Shown here: positions 22,782 through 36,700 of the stretch, piece after piece
How positions within the stretch are numbered: the first letter of the stretch is position 1
How the letters are laid out: every line of letters starts with the position of its first letter
Assembly (NCBI RefSeq): GCF_001194135.2
Contig: NC_068995.1
Location: 1,327,582 to 1,391,581, forward strand
Reading direction: 5' to 3'
DNA: 64,000 bases
From: Octopus bimaculoides
Lineage: Eukaryota
Notes under the pieces: model-generated
Databases searched by the model: none
Told to the model about the DNA's origin: nothing
The model's input: the letters and a program-made list of their open reading frames with translations, nothing else
Position numbers and translations under genes: made by a program

Positions 22782-25700
22782 TCTTCCATTGAGCATAGAA
22801 TTTGAATGTTCCTTTGCATTCTTGTCAACTAGTTTTGGGGTACAGGCATCAAAAGGGATCTGCTAGAATATTCAGGCACCGAGAGAATTCTCAACTCTAC
22901 CTCCATTTTCGGTCAGGCTTTGAAGAAATCTTTTTGTTTTTTTCCCCATGTGACAGGTACGATTTGAACTCAGAACATATACAGACGAAACAGATGCTGC
23001 AGAGCATCTTGTGCAATGCGCTAACGTTCTGCCAAACCACTGTCTTGAACTTATGTACTCTATTTATCAAATCTTGAAAGGCCAAAAGGGCAAGTTGACC
23101 AAGATGGAGTTTGAACTGAGAATGCTGGAACAGATACTGTTATTTCAACAGTCAAAGGTAATACCATTATCATCGTTTTAACATCTACTTTTCCATGCCT
23201 GCATGGGTCAGATGGAATTCATTGAGGCAGATATTTCTGCAGCTGAAGGCCCTTCTTGTGTTCCCTCACCTATTTCCAAGCAAGGCATATTTTTGACATT
23301 GTTGAACTTGTTTATATGGTAGATTAGAAATGAATAACATTGCTTGTATGGCAGTGACACTCGTTTACATTTGTTCCACTACATCCATACAAAAAAAACA
23401 TACAAACACCCCATAAAATGAGAAATATCAAAAAGTGGAGTCATTAACTCATTTTAATACATTGTTTACAATTGTTTCGTCATTATTCTATGCAACCAAT
23501 CTTGCATAATGTCATAGTGATGTTGGCAAGTATTGATTAATTTCCAAAAGTTGTGCAAGATATCTTTTGTAGCACATGTAGGAATGGGAATTAATAAATA
23601 CATTACACAAGATTGGTTTCATTGAATAATGATGAAACAATTGTAAACAATGTATTAGAATGAGTTGCTGACTTCGTTCTTTGATATTTGTCATTTCACA
23701 TAATCTATAGATTATATATAATCCATAGAGCTAGACTTTTATTTATCTGCTTTTAACTGCACATCTGTTCTGATCCATCAGACATCTATGATGAAGAATG
23801 TTTCAGCTTTGACCATTCTCATATTTTATTTAGACATGTGTAGGAATTTATCATCAAATAAGGTTTGAGAGAAAATTGGTTACTGTTTCTAGCATGTTAG
23901 CTCACCACATGGTGACCTATTGGTTCGGTTAATGTTAAGGTGAACGTTCAGAGCTGAGGTAGAAAATATTTGAAATGAAAGAAAAAACTTAATTAAAAAT
24001 AAATGAAAATCACAAAATGTAATTTAAATATAAGATTTGTGAATCAGCTTTATTGTAAATAATTTTAACGAATAATTAAAAGGCAAAAAATAAAGGAAAA
24101 AAAATGTAAATATATATATATAATATAAAATAATAATGATAATGTATTTTAAGCTATGAAATGTATTTTCATGCCTGTATTACATTAGACTGACATTAAA
24201 CAGATAATAATAATAATAATAATAATTGATCAACAATTGTTGATAAAATATTAAAGTAGAAAGTTTGATACAATATTTTTAACCTGTTTTTTAAATGCTT
24301 TTCCAATTTTTTGCTTGTTTTCTTTATCGATTTTATCTTTTTAACATGGAAATATAGGAAGTGTGTATATTATATATATATATATATTTGTGTGTGTTGG
24401 GTGTATAATTTCTACGTATTTACAAGTATTTATAGACTCGTGTGAACCAGCTGAAAAAATAGCGGTGAGAACGTAAGCAACTAACGATTATAATGAGGAT
24501 AACAAAAGAACATTAATGATAATAATAAAATTAATAATAATGATTTTTTTTTTGTATGTTGGCTTGTAGCATCATATTTAGAGTAGAGGGATATTGGTTG
24601 TTGTGGTGGCTGTCATGCCTTTACCAAAGGCAAGTGGTGATGTCATATGAGAACCATTCTTAATAGAATTGAAAACAGTATATCACCGTCATTGCAACTA
24701 ATAATAATAATAATATTGGTTTCAAATTTTGGCACAAGGCCAGCAATTTTAGGGGAAGATTACACTGACCCCCAAAAAATGAAAGGCAAAGTTGACCTCA
24801 GCAGCATTTGAACACAGAGTGTAAACATAGGTGAAATGCCACTAAGCACTTTTTGCCCAGCGTGCTAACGATTCTGCCAGCTCACCACCTTAATAATAAT
24901 AATTTCAAATTTTGACCCAAGGCCAGCAATTTTGAGGGGACGGGATAAATTGGCATCATGAAATCCAGTACTTGACAAGCATTTTATTTTAATGAAACCG
25001 AAAGGACAAAAGGCAAAGCTGGCCAAAGCAAGATTTGAACTTAGAATGTAAAGATCTGCCTGGTATACTAATGGTTCTGTCACTTCACTGCCTTGATAAT
25101 GATGATGATTCTTTCAACTATTATAGGCACCTGGCCTGAAATTTTGATGGCTGAGGCTGGCCAGTTACACTGACCCCCACTTCTTTGGACTCAGAACATA
25201 GGGGACAAATTGCTTAGTATTTTTTTTTCCTTGGCACAGCAAATGATTCTGCCTTCATAATAATAATGTTTCCAGTCGAGGCATGAGGTCAGCAGTTTTT
25301 GTGGGGATAGGTTTAGTCAATACCACTTGGGAGCTCCCTTATTTCATTGACTCTTCCCATCCTTGAGATGGTCGGCAAAGTCGACACCGGTGAGATATCA
25401 ACCTGGAAGACACACCACACAACGTGTTTATTCTGTTTTGCTAATAATTCTACCAGGTTGCCACCTTTTAATAAAACTAAACTAGATTGACCCCACCCCA
25501 TACACAGCCCCTGGTAGAGATATACTTAGATTTAGGTCGATCGAGAGGCCCAGGAATCATAAGACTGCAGTCTATGGTTTTTAAGTGACTGAGGTGACAA
25601 CACTTCCCCAACCCCTGGATGGGATGATAGTCCCTCACATGGTTAATTTCCCAGCCATTGCTGTAACTCATATTTTACAACAGAATAAACTGGAACAAAA

Positions 25701-28524
25701 TGAAATGCTTTGCTGAATGTCACAACGCACCACCTAGTCAAGGAATTGAAACAACAATCTGACAGTCATGAGTACAATGCCCTTAGCCACCAGGCCACGC
25801 TCTTTCCACTAGGTGAAGAGAAAATTTTCTTTAATAATAGTTAAAAAAACAATTGAAATATCATCTCCATGCTGGAATGAAGAATACGGTTAGCAATGAC
25901 ATACCCTCTACCATTGTGTGTGAAGAAGTATTGGTGACAGGATCAAATCCAGCCATGGCATGAAAAAAGGAAGCTCTTCTTTATCATCATCATCATCATC
26001 ATCATTTAAGTAGAGAATTAGCAGAGTCATAAGACTGTCCTGTGATATGGCACTGAGTTCAAATCCTGCAAACGTCAACTTTGCCTTTCATCAGTTCTGA
26101 GGTCAATATTGATAAAGTACCAGTAAAGTACGTGTGTGTGTGTGTGTGGGGGGGGGAAGCTATCAACTTAATGTCAAAATTATAAGCTTTGTGTATAAAT
26201 CTGAAACCATTATTATTATTATTATTATTATTAAGGGGGGTAAATTTGCTGAGTTGACAGAGGGATGGAAAGTGTTTTGTGATATTAGCACTGGTTCAAA
26301 TCCTGCCAAAGTCACTTTTGTCTTTTAATCTTCCGAGGATAATAAAGTACCAGTCATGTAATGGGGTCCATATAATTCACTGCCCCCCCCCTCCCCTAAT
26401 TTCTGGTTTTGCACTTATATTAGAAATTATTATGACTTAACTGGCACAAGACCCCCACCTGCCAAATGTCAGGCAGAGGAGGAGTAGGGGTGCAGTTGAT
26501 TATATTGGTCCCTAGTATTTCACTGCTATTTTTTTTTTTATCAGAAAGTACTTAAGACAGTTGCCCTAGGTAAATTTGGAACTCTGAATGTTCAGCTCTG
26601 AAGCACCCAAGTGTGCAGCTGCTATTATTTGTGATGCACTCATCAAAATATTTGCTGCTGCTTTTAATTTACCAACATATGCTTCATAAAATGCATTTAA
26701 ACTTGGAATGACATGTCCTGGCTTTCAGTTAAAACGATTTTTGCTCAAAGCACCCAAGGTTCCTCTCAGTAGTTGGACATAGCCTCACTCACTCTGGATT
26801 GGACCTGCCCAGTCGAGTTATATTGGTGTAAGTTTATTGACAGAAGTTGTCATAGCAACCCATTTGTGTGTGTGTGTTCATGCTGTGTTAAAAACTGAGG
26901 TAAGGGTCTGCTGGTATCTCTAGGAGTAAAAGCGAAAAGAAAAAGGGGAGGGTTTTATGTTTTATATCACAGCGAATCAAATTGTGAGGAAACTGTGACA
27001 TTGAAGAATAAGAGGTTGGCTGAGGAATTTTGGTGGAACAATCAGGAGATGAGACCTTAGCAACAGAAATACATACTGTCAGCATCATCATCGTTTTAAC
27101 ATCCACTTTTCCATGCTTGCATGGGTTAGATGGAGTTTAATGGGGCAGATTTTTTCCTATTGCTGGATGCCTTTCCTGTCACCAACCCTCACCTGTTTCC
27201 ATTCGACATATTTCCTCATGACCAGACAGACTTCCATGGCAAATTGGAAATGAATGACACTGCCTCTGTTATAATGACACTTATTTACAATTATCAAGAG
27301 AACGAAACACACACAAAAAAACCCCCCTTTGTTTCTGTCTTTCAAATCCACTCACAAGGATTTTGTCAGTCTGGAACTATACAGAAGATACTTGCCCAAG
27401 GTACCATGCAGTGGGACTGAACCTGACACCATGTGGTTGGGAAGTAAACATCTAATAGCCATGTCTGCTAGAGTGCTATAGAGAAAGGAATGAAGTTAAG
27501 GGGTTTCCACTCTTAAACTGTCCCATCCCAAGAATTACATAGAAAGGATTAATTCCGACAATTAAAATACAGTGAGCTCGTTAGTGTGTGTTGCTCCACC
27601 AATTCTGCTGATCCATCAGGTGATTGGTGTTTTTAGGGTCACTTTTGTCCTGCTCTTTTCTTGTGGCAGACATTTTTGAGTTTTAAAACTAAATTACTGC
27701 AACAACCAAAATAGAACAAATGAACTAAAGTAAAAATTAAAAAAACAAACAAAAAAGTGTGCGTTTGTATACTGGTGTGTGTATATTTGTGTGTGAGTAT
27801 ATATACATATAAAAGAAGTAAATAAATATAATGTGGGAAATGTGTATACTACAAATGCAATTTTACAAATGTGAATATTGATGGTTGACCAGAAGGGTCG
27901 AAATTCAATTAGCTGTATCCCAACATATGACTGGTACTTGTTATTTTCACCATTCCATTTCAATAGAATAAAAAGGTAACTTAAGCTGAATTTGAACTCA
28001 AAGCTTTCATGAACCTAACAAAAAAATACTGACATCCCTTTCTGACATTCCCATTTTTGTTTTCGTAATCATAAAGCTTTCAAATTCTTGCACAAGGCCG
28101 TCAATTTGAAGGGGGGGGGATTGACGACATTGACCCCAGTGCCCAGCTGGTCCTTATTTCCTCAGCCATGAAAGGATTAAACTCAAAATATAAAACATCA
28201 AAATGCTGTCAAGTATTTATTCTAACTTAACTGAACCAGTTCACTGTCTTTTTAATAATAATAATAATAATAATAATTTTCTGATTTAAGTACAGCACCC
28301 AGAGTTTTGAAGTGAGGGGACCAGTGGATAAAAATCACCCCCCAGGGCTTTATTTCATTGAATCCCTGAAATGATGAATTTTTTTCTAATGATAATAATG
28401 GTGATGATTTTGTAGAGGCAGGAGAGAAGTGAAGCAGTGATGTTCATGCCTTGGTTTTAGATCTTTAGCAACATAAACAAACGTGAAAAAATATGAGTAA
28501 GATAAGATACATAAATTTTTTTGT

Positions 28525-28593
28525 GCAGGGGTTCCTTGAGACATGTAATTTATTTTAAGGGCTATGCTTAGGTAAAAAGGTTGAGAAACACTG
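28525..28593. mobile_element. Right end of a hAT (Charlie-like) element
   Basis: GGGGTTCC...AAAAAGGTTGAGAAACACTG followed by CTCTATAG, resembling the hAT target preference. No clear left end. Confidence 0.45.
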
Positions 28594-29442
28594 CTCTATA
28601 GCAATAATAATCCTTTCTACTATTGGTAGGAGGCCCCTGAAATTTTAGGGGAGGGAGCTAGCTGATTACACTGACCCCAGTACTCAACTGGTATTTATTT
28701 AATCGACTCTGAAAGGATGACAGGCAAAGTTTGACCTCAGTGAAATTCAAACTCAGAATGTAAAGTTAGAAGAAACGCCACTTTGCATTTTTTTCTGGCA
28801 TGCTAACGGTTCTGCCAGTTTAATGCCTTAACGATATAAAAAAAAAACAATAAAATAAGGCAATATTTGATATATTAAATATACATTAGCCATGTTTCTG
28901 AAATTAAAGAGAAAATAAAGGCTATAAAAAAGAAAACCCGATATGTCATAAACTGTGTTTAAAGTGGAGGTGGGAGGAAGGAGTGGTTAGCTGTGTGTTG
29001 GAGAGAGTTGGGGGTGTGGTGAATGGCTGGTGAGGTTGTTCCCTCCCACAGACACGCCCACTATGACACACCCATTATAACAACCAAAAAATCCCTCCTC
29101 TGACTTTTTTAAAAAAAAATGTAAAAAAAAAAAAGAAATAAAAACAAAAATACTCAACAAAATTTAAAACAACAAAAATAAATTTGGTATTTTCCAAAAT
29201 TAATATATAACTGTTTTCCACAGTGGAAAATATTGTAATGTTTTTCCACTGGAAATTTTATGCTTAAGTTCTGTGAGATGGAATAAGTATTGTGGTTGCT
29301 GAAGATTTTGTCTGCAAAATTTGATGAAATTTTCCTCTGGAAGAACCAACCAGTTCCCACAGCTTAAAAATAACCAAGAACTTAATTTCTTTGTTCAATA
29401 TAGTGTAGTGGTGGTTGTTGTTGTTGCTTTTGCTGTGTATTC

Positions 29443-30089
29443 CTATAAATTGTGTAAAGTGAAGTGAAAGACCTTCGTCTTTGGTGACATGATAATAATA
29501 ATAATGATAGTAATAACAATAATGATTTATTAGTGAGGCATGAGGCCAATTGTTTGAGGCAAGTGGTGGGGTGGAAGGAGGTATAATTGATTGAAAGAAC
29601 CCCAGTACATTACTGGTATTTTAGCTTATTGATCCTCCCTCACTCTTCCGCCACCTGGAGTGATAAAAGGCAAAGTCGACCTCATTGAGATCTGATATCA
29701 GAATGTAGATGGAGGGGTAAAAAATAAATCTAAATACCATGAAGCAGCATTTAGTCTGGTGCCTTACCGTTTCTGCAAACTCACTGTCTTTGTGCTAATA
29801 ATAATAATAATAATAATAGTAGTAGTAGTAATACTGATTATTTCTAATGTAGGCCCAAGGCTAGATTTTGAAAGTTGGTGTGGGTCATTAAATCTGCATC
29901 TCAGTATTTAATAAGTAATTGATTGTATCGACCTTGGAAAGAGGAAAAAAAGTTGACAGTGGTGTGTGGTTTGATCTCATAACGTTAAGGGACATTGCTA
30001 CAGATTCTGTCACCCAGCATCCTTGTGATAAGAACTGTTTTATAGAATTGTTTGTTCAGTTTGTTTTGATCATGGGTGAGTTGCTTTAC
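29443..30089 (-). other. SOBP: Predicted 3'-UTR intron of SOBP (647 nt); terminal non-coding exon begins at 29442
   Basis: TGA acc|GTAAAG donor 3 nt after the stop. Strong acceptor ctttcacttcactttacacaatttatAG|gaatac. The interval contains SINE debris, whereas 29442-28850 is unique UTR-like sequence. Confidence 0.6.
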
Positions 30090-30092
30090 GGT

Positions 30093-32278
30093 TCATTTGG
30101 TTTTAATTCTGGTTCGCAGACACCGACGTGCTTCCATGATATCACGTGGCATGCTGCGGATGTAGTTCCTTCTTTCTGGGGAAGGGCTCTTTGGTCGTTT
30201 TGGCACACTGGGAGCGTCCAGTATCAGACCACGTCGCAGCGAATAGGCATGGTCAGTGGGCGGTAGGGGCAGCTGTTGGGACAGAGGTGGGTCTTTGGGT
30301 GTGGAAACAATGTGGATTTTTGGGACATGTAAAGCTAAGTGTGAGTCTGAAGTCTCTGAGACAGATAAAGGGGGAACAGAGAGGGAACGGACAGAGCTGG
30401 AAGCGGCTTTCTGGCTTTTTAATGTTTGTATGTGAGGTGAGTGAATATCTCTGGAAATGCTCTCTCGGCCGCTGTCCTTGGACAAATCTATCACTTCATC
30501 GTTTATAGAATAGTCAGAATTGGTCATCAACTCGTGACGTATTTTCTTTGGAGAGTCAAGAGAACCAACACTGGCTGGAGTTGGTGGACGTTTTACATTG
30601 GTCATCTCTGACTGTAACAAGTGTGAGTCACTCTTGATGGACAAGACAGAGCTTGGCCGGGGCAAAAAGTTGCTTTTGCTTGGCGTCTGGAACGATGCAC
30701 ATGTGACACACTCTTTTGGAACATTTTTACCAACTGTCGTTGCTATGCGGCTGCGCATCTGCACCGTCATCTCCATACTGTTGCTGCTGCTGATGCTGCT
30801 GCTGCTGCTTCGGTTGCCGTTCATGTTGTAGTTCTGGCTCAGACTGAGATGTTCTGTGAGATTCCGAGGTTTGACATCTTCACATTCCGAAGACGTTTCC
30901 TCTTCCTTCCCGCTACTGTTGTTGTTGTTGTTGGTCGTCGTCGTCGTCGTCGTCGTCGTCGAGGTGCTGGACGTCTGCTTCAATAACTTCTCAATCTGTT
31001 CTGCTTTCATTGGTACCGGAATAGGGATTGGTACCGGAAACGGTAGAGGGATGAGGAAAGGAAAAGGGATAATAACTGTCTGAGGAGGGATACCTAAGGA
31101 TGTCCAGTTAGGGGCCGGCATTGGGAAAGTAGGCATAGTGGGGTTTGGGCCAGGGGCAGTGTTAGTGTCACCTGACTGGGTCATCTGGGGTGGAGGAAAG
31201 GGCATCATGGGGTATCCGGGTGGCCACATTGGGGGTAGGAAGTGGTGAGTTCTAGGAATTGTTGAAGCTTTGTTTGATGTGTTAGGGACCACATTAGGGC
31301 TCTGAGAGTGTGTCTGAGGGATATCGGGGGAAGCAGAGGCATTTGGTGTGATAGACGGACCAGGTGTTGAAGAGGCGTTGCTGACGTGGCGACTGTGAGG
31401 TCGAGAGGTTTCAGGTATGGGTGGGGCAGCGGTACCTGGCATGATGGGAGTAAATGGAGGATTAAAGACCCCTGGGTAAACCATTGGAGGAAATCCACCA
31501 AAAGCTGGATAACTCGGTCCAAGAGAGGCCATCATTTGTGCTTGGTGCCACCAGTTATTCATGGCTGCAGGTGTGGGAAACATGGGTGGGATTAGTTGTG
31601 CTGGTGGCTGAGGTGGACGCTTTGGTAAAGGGGTCACTGCCGGACTTGTTGTGTGGCTAGGAGGGTCTTTGTGAATCCGTTTAACTAATCTTTCTTTAAG
31701 GGACTTATCTACATTGAACTTCTCAGCGTGTTTATCATGTGAATTGGATGAAGCTGAACTTTCTGGATTGTCGAAATGACTGGACAGATTTTTATGCTTC
31801 TCAGTAGAGTCTTTTGCTTTACTAATGTTCCTAGCTTCGTCAGAAACTCTCAGCTTTTTACTGCGCCGTACAATGTCTTCTTGTAACCAGAGGTCTGGAG
31901 TGATGAGAATCTGTTTGTCATCAGGAACGCCATTAGAAGAGGAATTGGTGTCTAAAGATGACTGGATCTGTTGCAAATGTTCCTGAGTTTCTTGGCAGAA
32001 AATGTTCATCTTGTATTGATTGAGACATTTCTCACTACAAAACTGTAACTGCTGCTCCCCATCCTGGAAGTCGACGTAGTTCACTGTATGGCGGACATGC
32101 TTACACCAGTCACAAATCTTGTTTTTCTTGAATGATGCACGGCGGCACTGAGTGAAACAGACCTCGCTACAAAAGACTTTCGAACCATTCAATGTCTTTA
32201 GAGTGAACAACTTGAGACCGGGCTTCTGACACCAGGCACAGATAATGTAACCAGATGGCAATTTCTCATTGTTGTAGG
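30093..32278 (-). CDS. SOBP: Sine oculis-binding protein homolog, main and terminal coding exon (about 727 aa; 5' exons not located)
   Basis: Acceptor tttttctttctttcAG|cc at 32279/32278 (phase 1), open to TGA at 30093. Two FCS-type zinc fingers (CAWCQK..FCSEVCFTQCRRASFKKNKICDWCKHVRHT..QFCSEKCLNQYKMNIFC), a Pro-rich region with 'VIIPFPFLIPLPFPVPIPIPVP', SIM-like VIDLS, 'DHAYSLR' and C-terminal 'RRCLRTRIKTK'. All match known SOBP family motifs. Confidence 0.95.
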
Positions 32279-32427
32279 CTGAAAGAAAGAAAAATTAAAC
32301 ATATCAGAAGAGTCAATGGAGTTTTGTTAAAATAAAAAACAAAGCACAAAAACAATGCAATGTTGTTAACAAACAGAAACAAAATCTCCTCCTTCAAATT
32401 ACTCTGGAAATTCAGGTTGGACAGGTC

Positions 32428-32559
32428 AACAGTTGGACAAATCAACCCCAGGACTTATTCTTTGTAAGCCCAGTACTCTTTCTATCGGTCTTTTGCTGAA
32501 ATGCCAAGTTACGGGGACGTAAACACACCAACATTGGTTGTCAAGTGATGGTGGTGGGG

Positions 32560-32637
<78 letters not shown>

Positions 32638-32788
32638 GATGGGCTTCTTTTCAGTTTCCGTCTATCAAATCCACTCACAAGGCTTTGGTCAGCCTGAGGC
32701 TATAGTAGAAGACACTTGCCCAATGTGCCACACAGTGGGACTGAACCTGGAACCATGTGTTTGGGAAGCAAATTTCTTAACACACGGC
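32428..32788 (-). mobile_element. SINE family A copy with A/B-box-like head and central (CA)n
   Basis: The reverse strand reads ggccgtgtgttaagaa..ggttcagtcccactgtgtggcacattgggcaag (B-box-like), then core and microsatellite. Homologous to 22446-22781. Confidence 0.8.
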
Positions 32789-33579
32789 CTCACAGTTTAC
32801 ATCTATGAAATTCATTCACAAGACATTAGTTGGTCCATGGATATAGTAGAAGAGACTTGGCCAAGGTGCCATGCAGTGGGACAGAACCTGAAACCACAAA
32901 TATATATATGATGATGATGATGATGATTATAATATGATAGGAAAATGAGTTACAAAATGCTAGGACTAAAAAAATGAATTTCTGATATCTTGTGTCTCCA
33001 TGAGTTTTCGAGAGACACAAACTCTGGGTCTGTGTTGAAATTGGACATCGAGTGTGTGCGGTGAGGTTGGTGGGGTGGTGCGTAAAGCCTGCATGGAGAC
33101 CTGTCTCTGCAATCCAACACATTGAATCTATTTGTCTGGAGCCGAGTCTCAGATATCAAAGACGAGGATATGTGACAGGAGGATAAAATGGATCAGGTTT
33201 CTCTGAGATTCTGTTCACAGGTCTGCAAATTACAGGAAGACTACGCAGTAGAATCGGTAAGTCGGTCGGTGAGGTTGCTGTTGTGGGGGTGGCGCTAGTG
33301 TCAGTTCTCTATTACTATCACATTCGCTATACACTTACATGGAATCAAGAGCATATCTCTACTAGACACAAATGTGTGTGTGTGTACACATATACATACA
33401 CATATATCCATTATATATATACACATCTAATACTAATATAGTTATATAACAAAATATATATATGTATGATAGATATAAACATACATATACTCACGCATGT
33501 GATATGATATATAATGCAAATTTATAATGTAATTTAAAAATTATAGATGTATATATATATATATATAAATGCATACGCT

Positions 33580-33610
<31 letters not shown>

Positions 33611-33707
33611 TGAGTATATGCATATAAAGCTATATTTTAAATGTGTTTCTGATCATGAGTGTGTATTTATGAAGAAGCAACAAGTGTTAAAATGATGTGT
33701 GTGTGTG

Positions 33708-33772
<65 letters not shown>

Positions 33773-36700
33773 TACATACATTTATAATTACACACATTCA
33801 TATGCCTCTCTGTGTGTGTGTGTGTGTGCATATTAATGTGTGTGTATTTATTTACATATCTTCACTTGATACTGTTGCACCCCCTGCCCTCCCCGTCTCC
33901 ATTAATCCAGTGACCCTTCACCGGTGAAGGTCACATCCTTCACCCCCACCCCGCTACCAATGAGGGCGTCAACAATACACTTGAGTTGATTTCTTCTCAA
34001 TTGCAAACAGCATTTCAAGGGTTAATACCTACCCCACCCCCTCACACCCACCCACCCACCTCTCTCTAACTCGCATCTCTTCCTCTCTCAAATATTTTTT
34101 GGCAATTTTATACACACACACACTTGTATACATACACACATATATACATATACACACATTATATATATGTATAACACTTACATATGAACTACAGTTACAT
34201 AATTTGGTGACTTGGTAGAATTGTTAGAGAGCTGGACAAAATACCTGGTGGTATTTGTTCTAGCTGCCTGCACTCTAAGTTCAATTCTCACCAGCGTCAA
34301 CTTTTGGTGTTGGTGAAAACAAGAGCAAAAACCCCAAAGACCCCCCCAAGCCCTGGGCTGTGGATTGCCACAACTATAAGAATATGGGATCTGAATCCTT
34401 GTGTTGTTTGTTCCACTTCTTTGATCCCACCAACTCCTACTTGGGTGATGGAGGATTTAATCCATCGCTTGCTTTAACAGTGCCACCTGGTGGTGCCTCA
34501 GGTGCCACCAAGTGAAATCCCTTCTGTTCTAAATATTAAGGCCACATCTCAAATTTGAAGAATATCTTCTTCCTTCCCAGCAGTCTTGGGTTTTGGTTAA
34601 GGAAGCCTTAGAAAGGCTCAGGAGTTCTGCCCTCCCTCCTCATTAAAAGAGTTAAATACACAAGTATATGGCTTACTGGAGATTTGAACTCAAGACCTTT
34701 CAATATCAGTCTGATACATTTCTAGGGGTGGGTTTTGTATTTTAGACAAAGGAGAAAGGATGATTGACACCAGTGACACCTTTAAATGATGAAAGGTGAA
34801 GTAGATTTTGGTGGGATTTGAAACTAGAATCTAACGAAACAAGAAGTACCACAATCCATTGCTTGTGATGCTCTAACAACCCTGCTAGTCCAATGCCCAA
34901 ACCCGAAGAATTTCATTAGTGGAATTGGATAAAGGGGAGGTCTATGAGGTGAGGACCAGATTTGTATAATTCACTCCCTTTCTCTTGGCTTTGGTTTAAC
35001 CCTTTCATTACTGCGTTTCTTTCAATTAATTTTAAATATAACAAAGAATTTAGTGTCCTTTATTTAAGAAGGTATATTTGCCTGCTATTTCTACCACATT
35101 GAATGACCACATAGAGACTCTTGATGGGGAAGCGTGAGGATTGTGGTTATGGTGATGGTGGTGGTGGTTACCTCAGCCGAAGACACATCTGGTTTGACAA
35201 ATACAAACCCCCCCACCCCACCCCCTCTACCTTCCTAAGATGTCTTACACATGGTAAAAAAAACTGGTGGAATGGTGCAGAATGAGATGGTGGGGTTGAT
35301 GGAATCACTGGCTGTCTTTGTTGTTTGAAATGAAAATATGGAGTAAATTTAGATAAGTGAAATATGAGACCCGTCGACACCAACAACAATACAATGCTTG
35401 CTTGTGTGTGTGTGTGTGTGTATATTATACCTCTATGTGTATATATGTATGTGTGTGTGTCTGTGTATTACTTCTATCCGTATATATGTATTTGTGAGGT
35501 GCCGAACATAAGAAAATTTAATATTTATTTCAAATTAATTCAATTTTCATTTCAAATTTTCTGCCAAATCCATGTCCAGTTTGAGTGGACAACAATCAGA
35601 CCACTAGAGGGTCACTTGAGGTCCAAATGGCTTCAGCCCTGTTTGATGATAAAAATGAAAATATCGAAAAGGATTTTCTCATTTAAACAAATGGTCCAAT
35701 TCCAAAGTGTTTTGTTGTCATTTGTTTCCAAAGAAAGACTGGAGCTGCAGTCTTATGTCTTGTAGGATGTTGTGTTTATGATATACTGTATAAATCTGTT
35801 AAAATGTGAAATTTTATATGGATTATTTTCACAGAATTAATGTTTTTCCATCAAATTTGATAAATTATTTAGAGCAAAAACTTAAATCTACCCCAAAAGT
35901 AAACACTTGTATCTGGTTGTCTAGACAACACGGCTGATGGAGAATTTATTTTCTTTTGTTTTTCATGCTGCTGTGGCCCAAGAAAAAGCTGTCTGTGTGT
36001 CTTTTTCTTTTCTTTTTTTTTTCTGAAAAGAAAACAATGTAAAACTTGTCTGTCCACTTGGCAATTTGATTGGTGTTGAGAAGAAGCAAGGAAATTCTAT
36101 AAGCAGTTCAAAGAAATACTTCAATGCTGAGGTAGTTTCTTTATCAGGAAATAATTCCATGTGAAAAAAAAAAAAATGAAATTAAATTAAACTGCGCATC
36201 CTGACACCAAATGTGGAATACTCTTTACAAAGAATCAACACTTGATGGAGTGAAAAAAACAAACAAAACATTTACAAAGGTTGTCTTGTAGAAAAAAAAC
36301 ACCAAAATGGTCCAGCACCAATTCTAAATGAGATTGAGTGTATTTTGTAGAAGAGTAACCAATGGAAATTTAGACCTACAAATTATATTTATGACAAAAG
36401 CAAATTGCATTAAGGGACAATCCCATTGTGGCACACCTTACTGAATGAAATCTGGTCACAACTGGATTCAATCCCCAACATGAGAAACTGACCGAAATTA
36501 AGGACAGCAAGTATTGATACTGAAGTAATCATCATTCAATGTCCACTTTTTTTTTATGCTTGCATGGGTCAGACAGATTTTATTGAGGCAGAATTTCCAT
36601 GGGGCAATGCCCTTCCTATTACCAATCCTCACCCGTTTCCAAAGAAGATATTTTCACATGACCAGAAATGTTTTCACAGGAAATCAACAACCTCACTTAT

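Noticed and set aside
19172-30093. Tail-to-tail SAMM50-SOBP linkage as a functional unit
   Set aside because: The stop codons are about 11 kb apart with SINE/LINE-filled spacer, and there is no known shared pathway or visible overlap.
30146-31595. Plus-strand ORFs overlapping SOBP (30146-30508, 30598-30831, 30856-31083, 31386-31595)
   Set aside because: They are antisense shadows of a real, low-complexity coding exon.
33221-33256. Plus-strand 36-nt micro-exon-like segment (cAG|...|GTAAGT, VCKLQEDYAVES)
   Set aside because: It is antisense to SOBP with no partner exons identified, and such matches are expected by chance in 64 kb.
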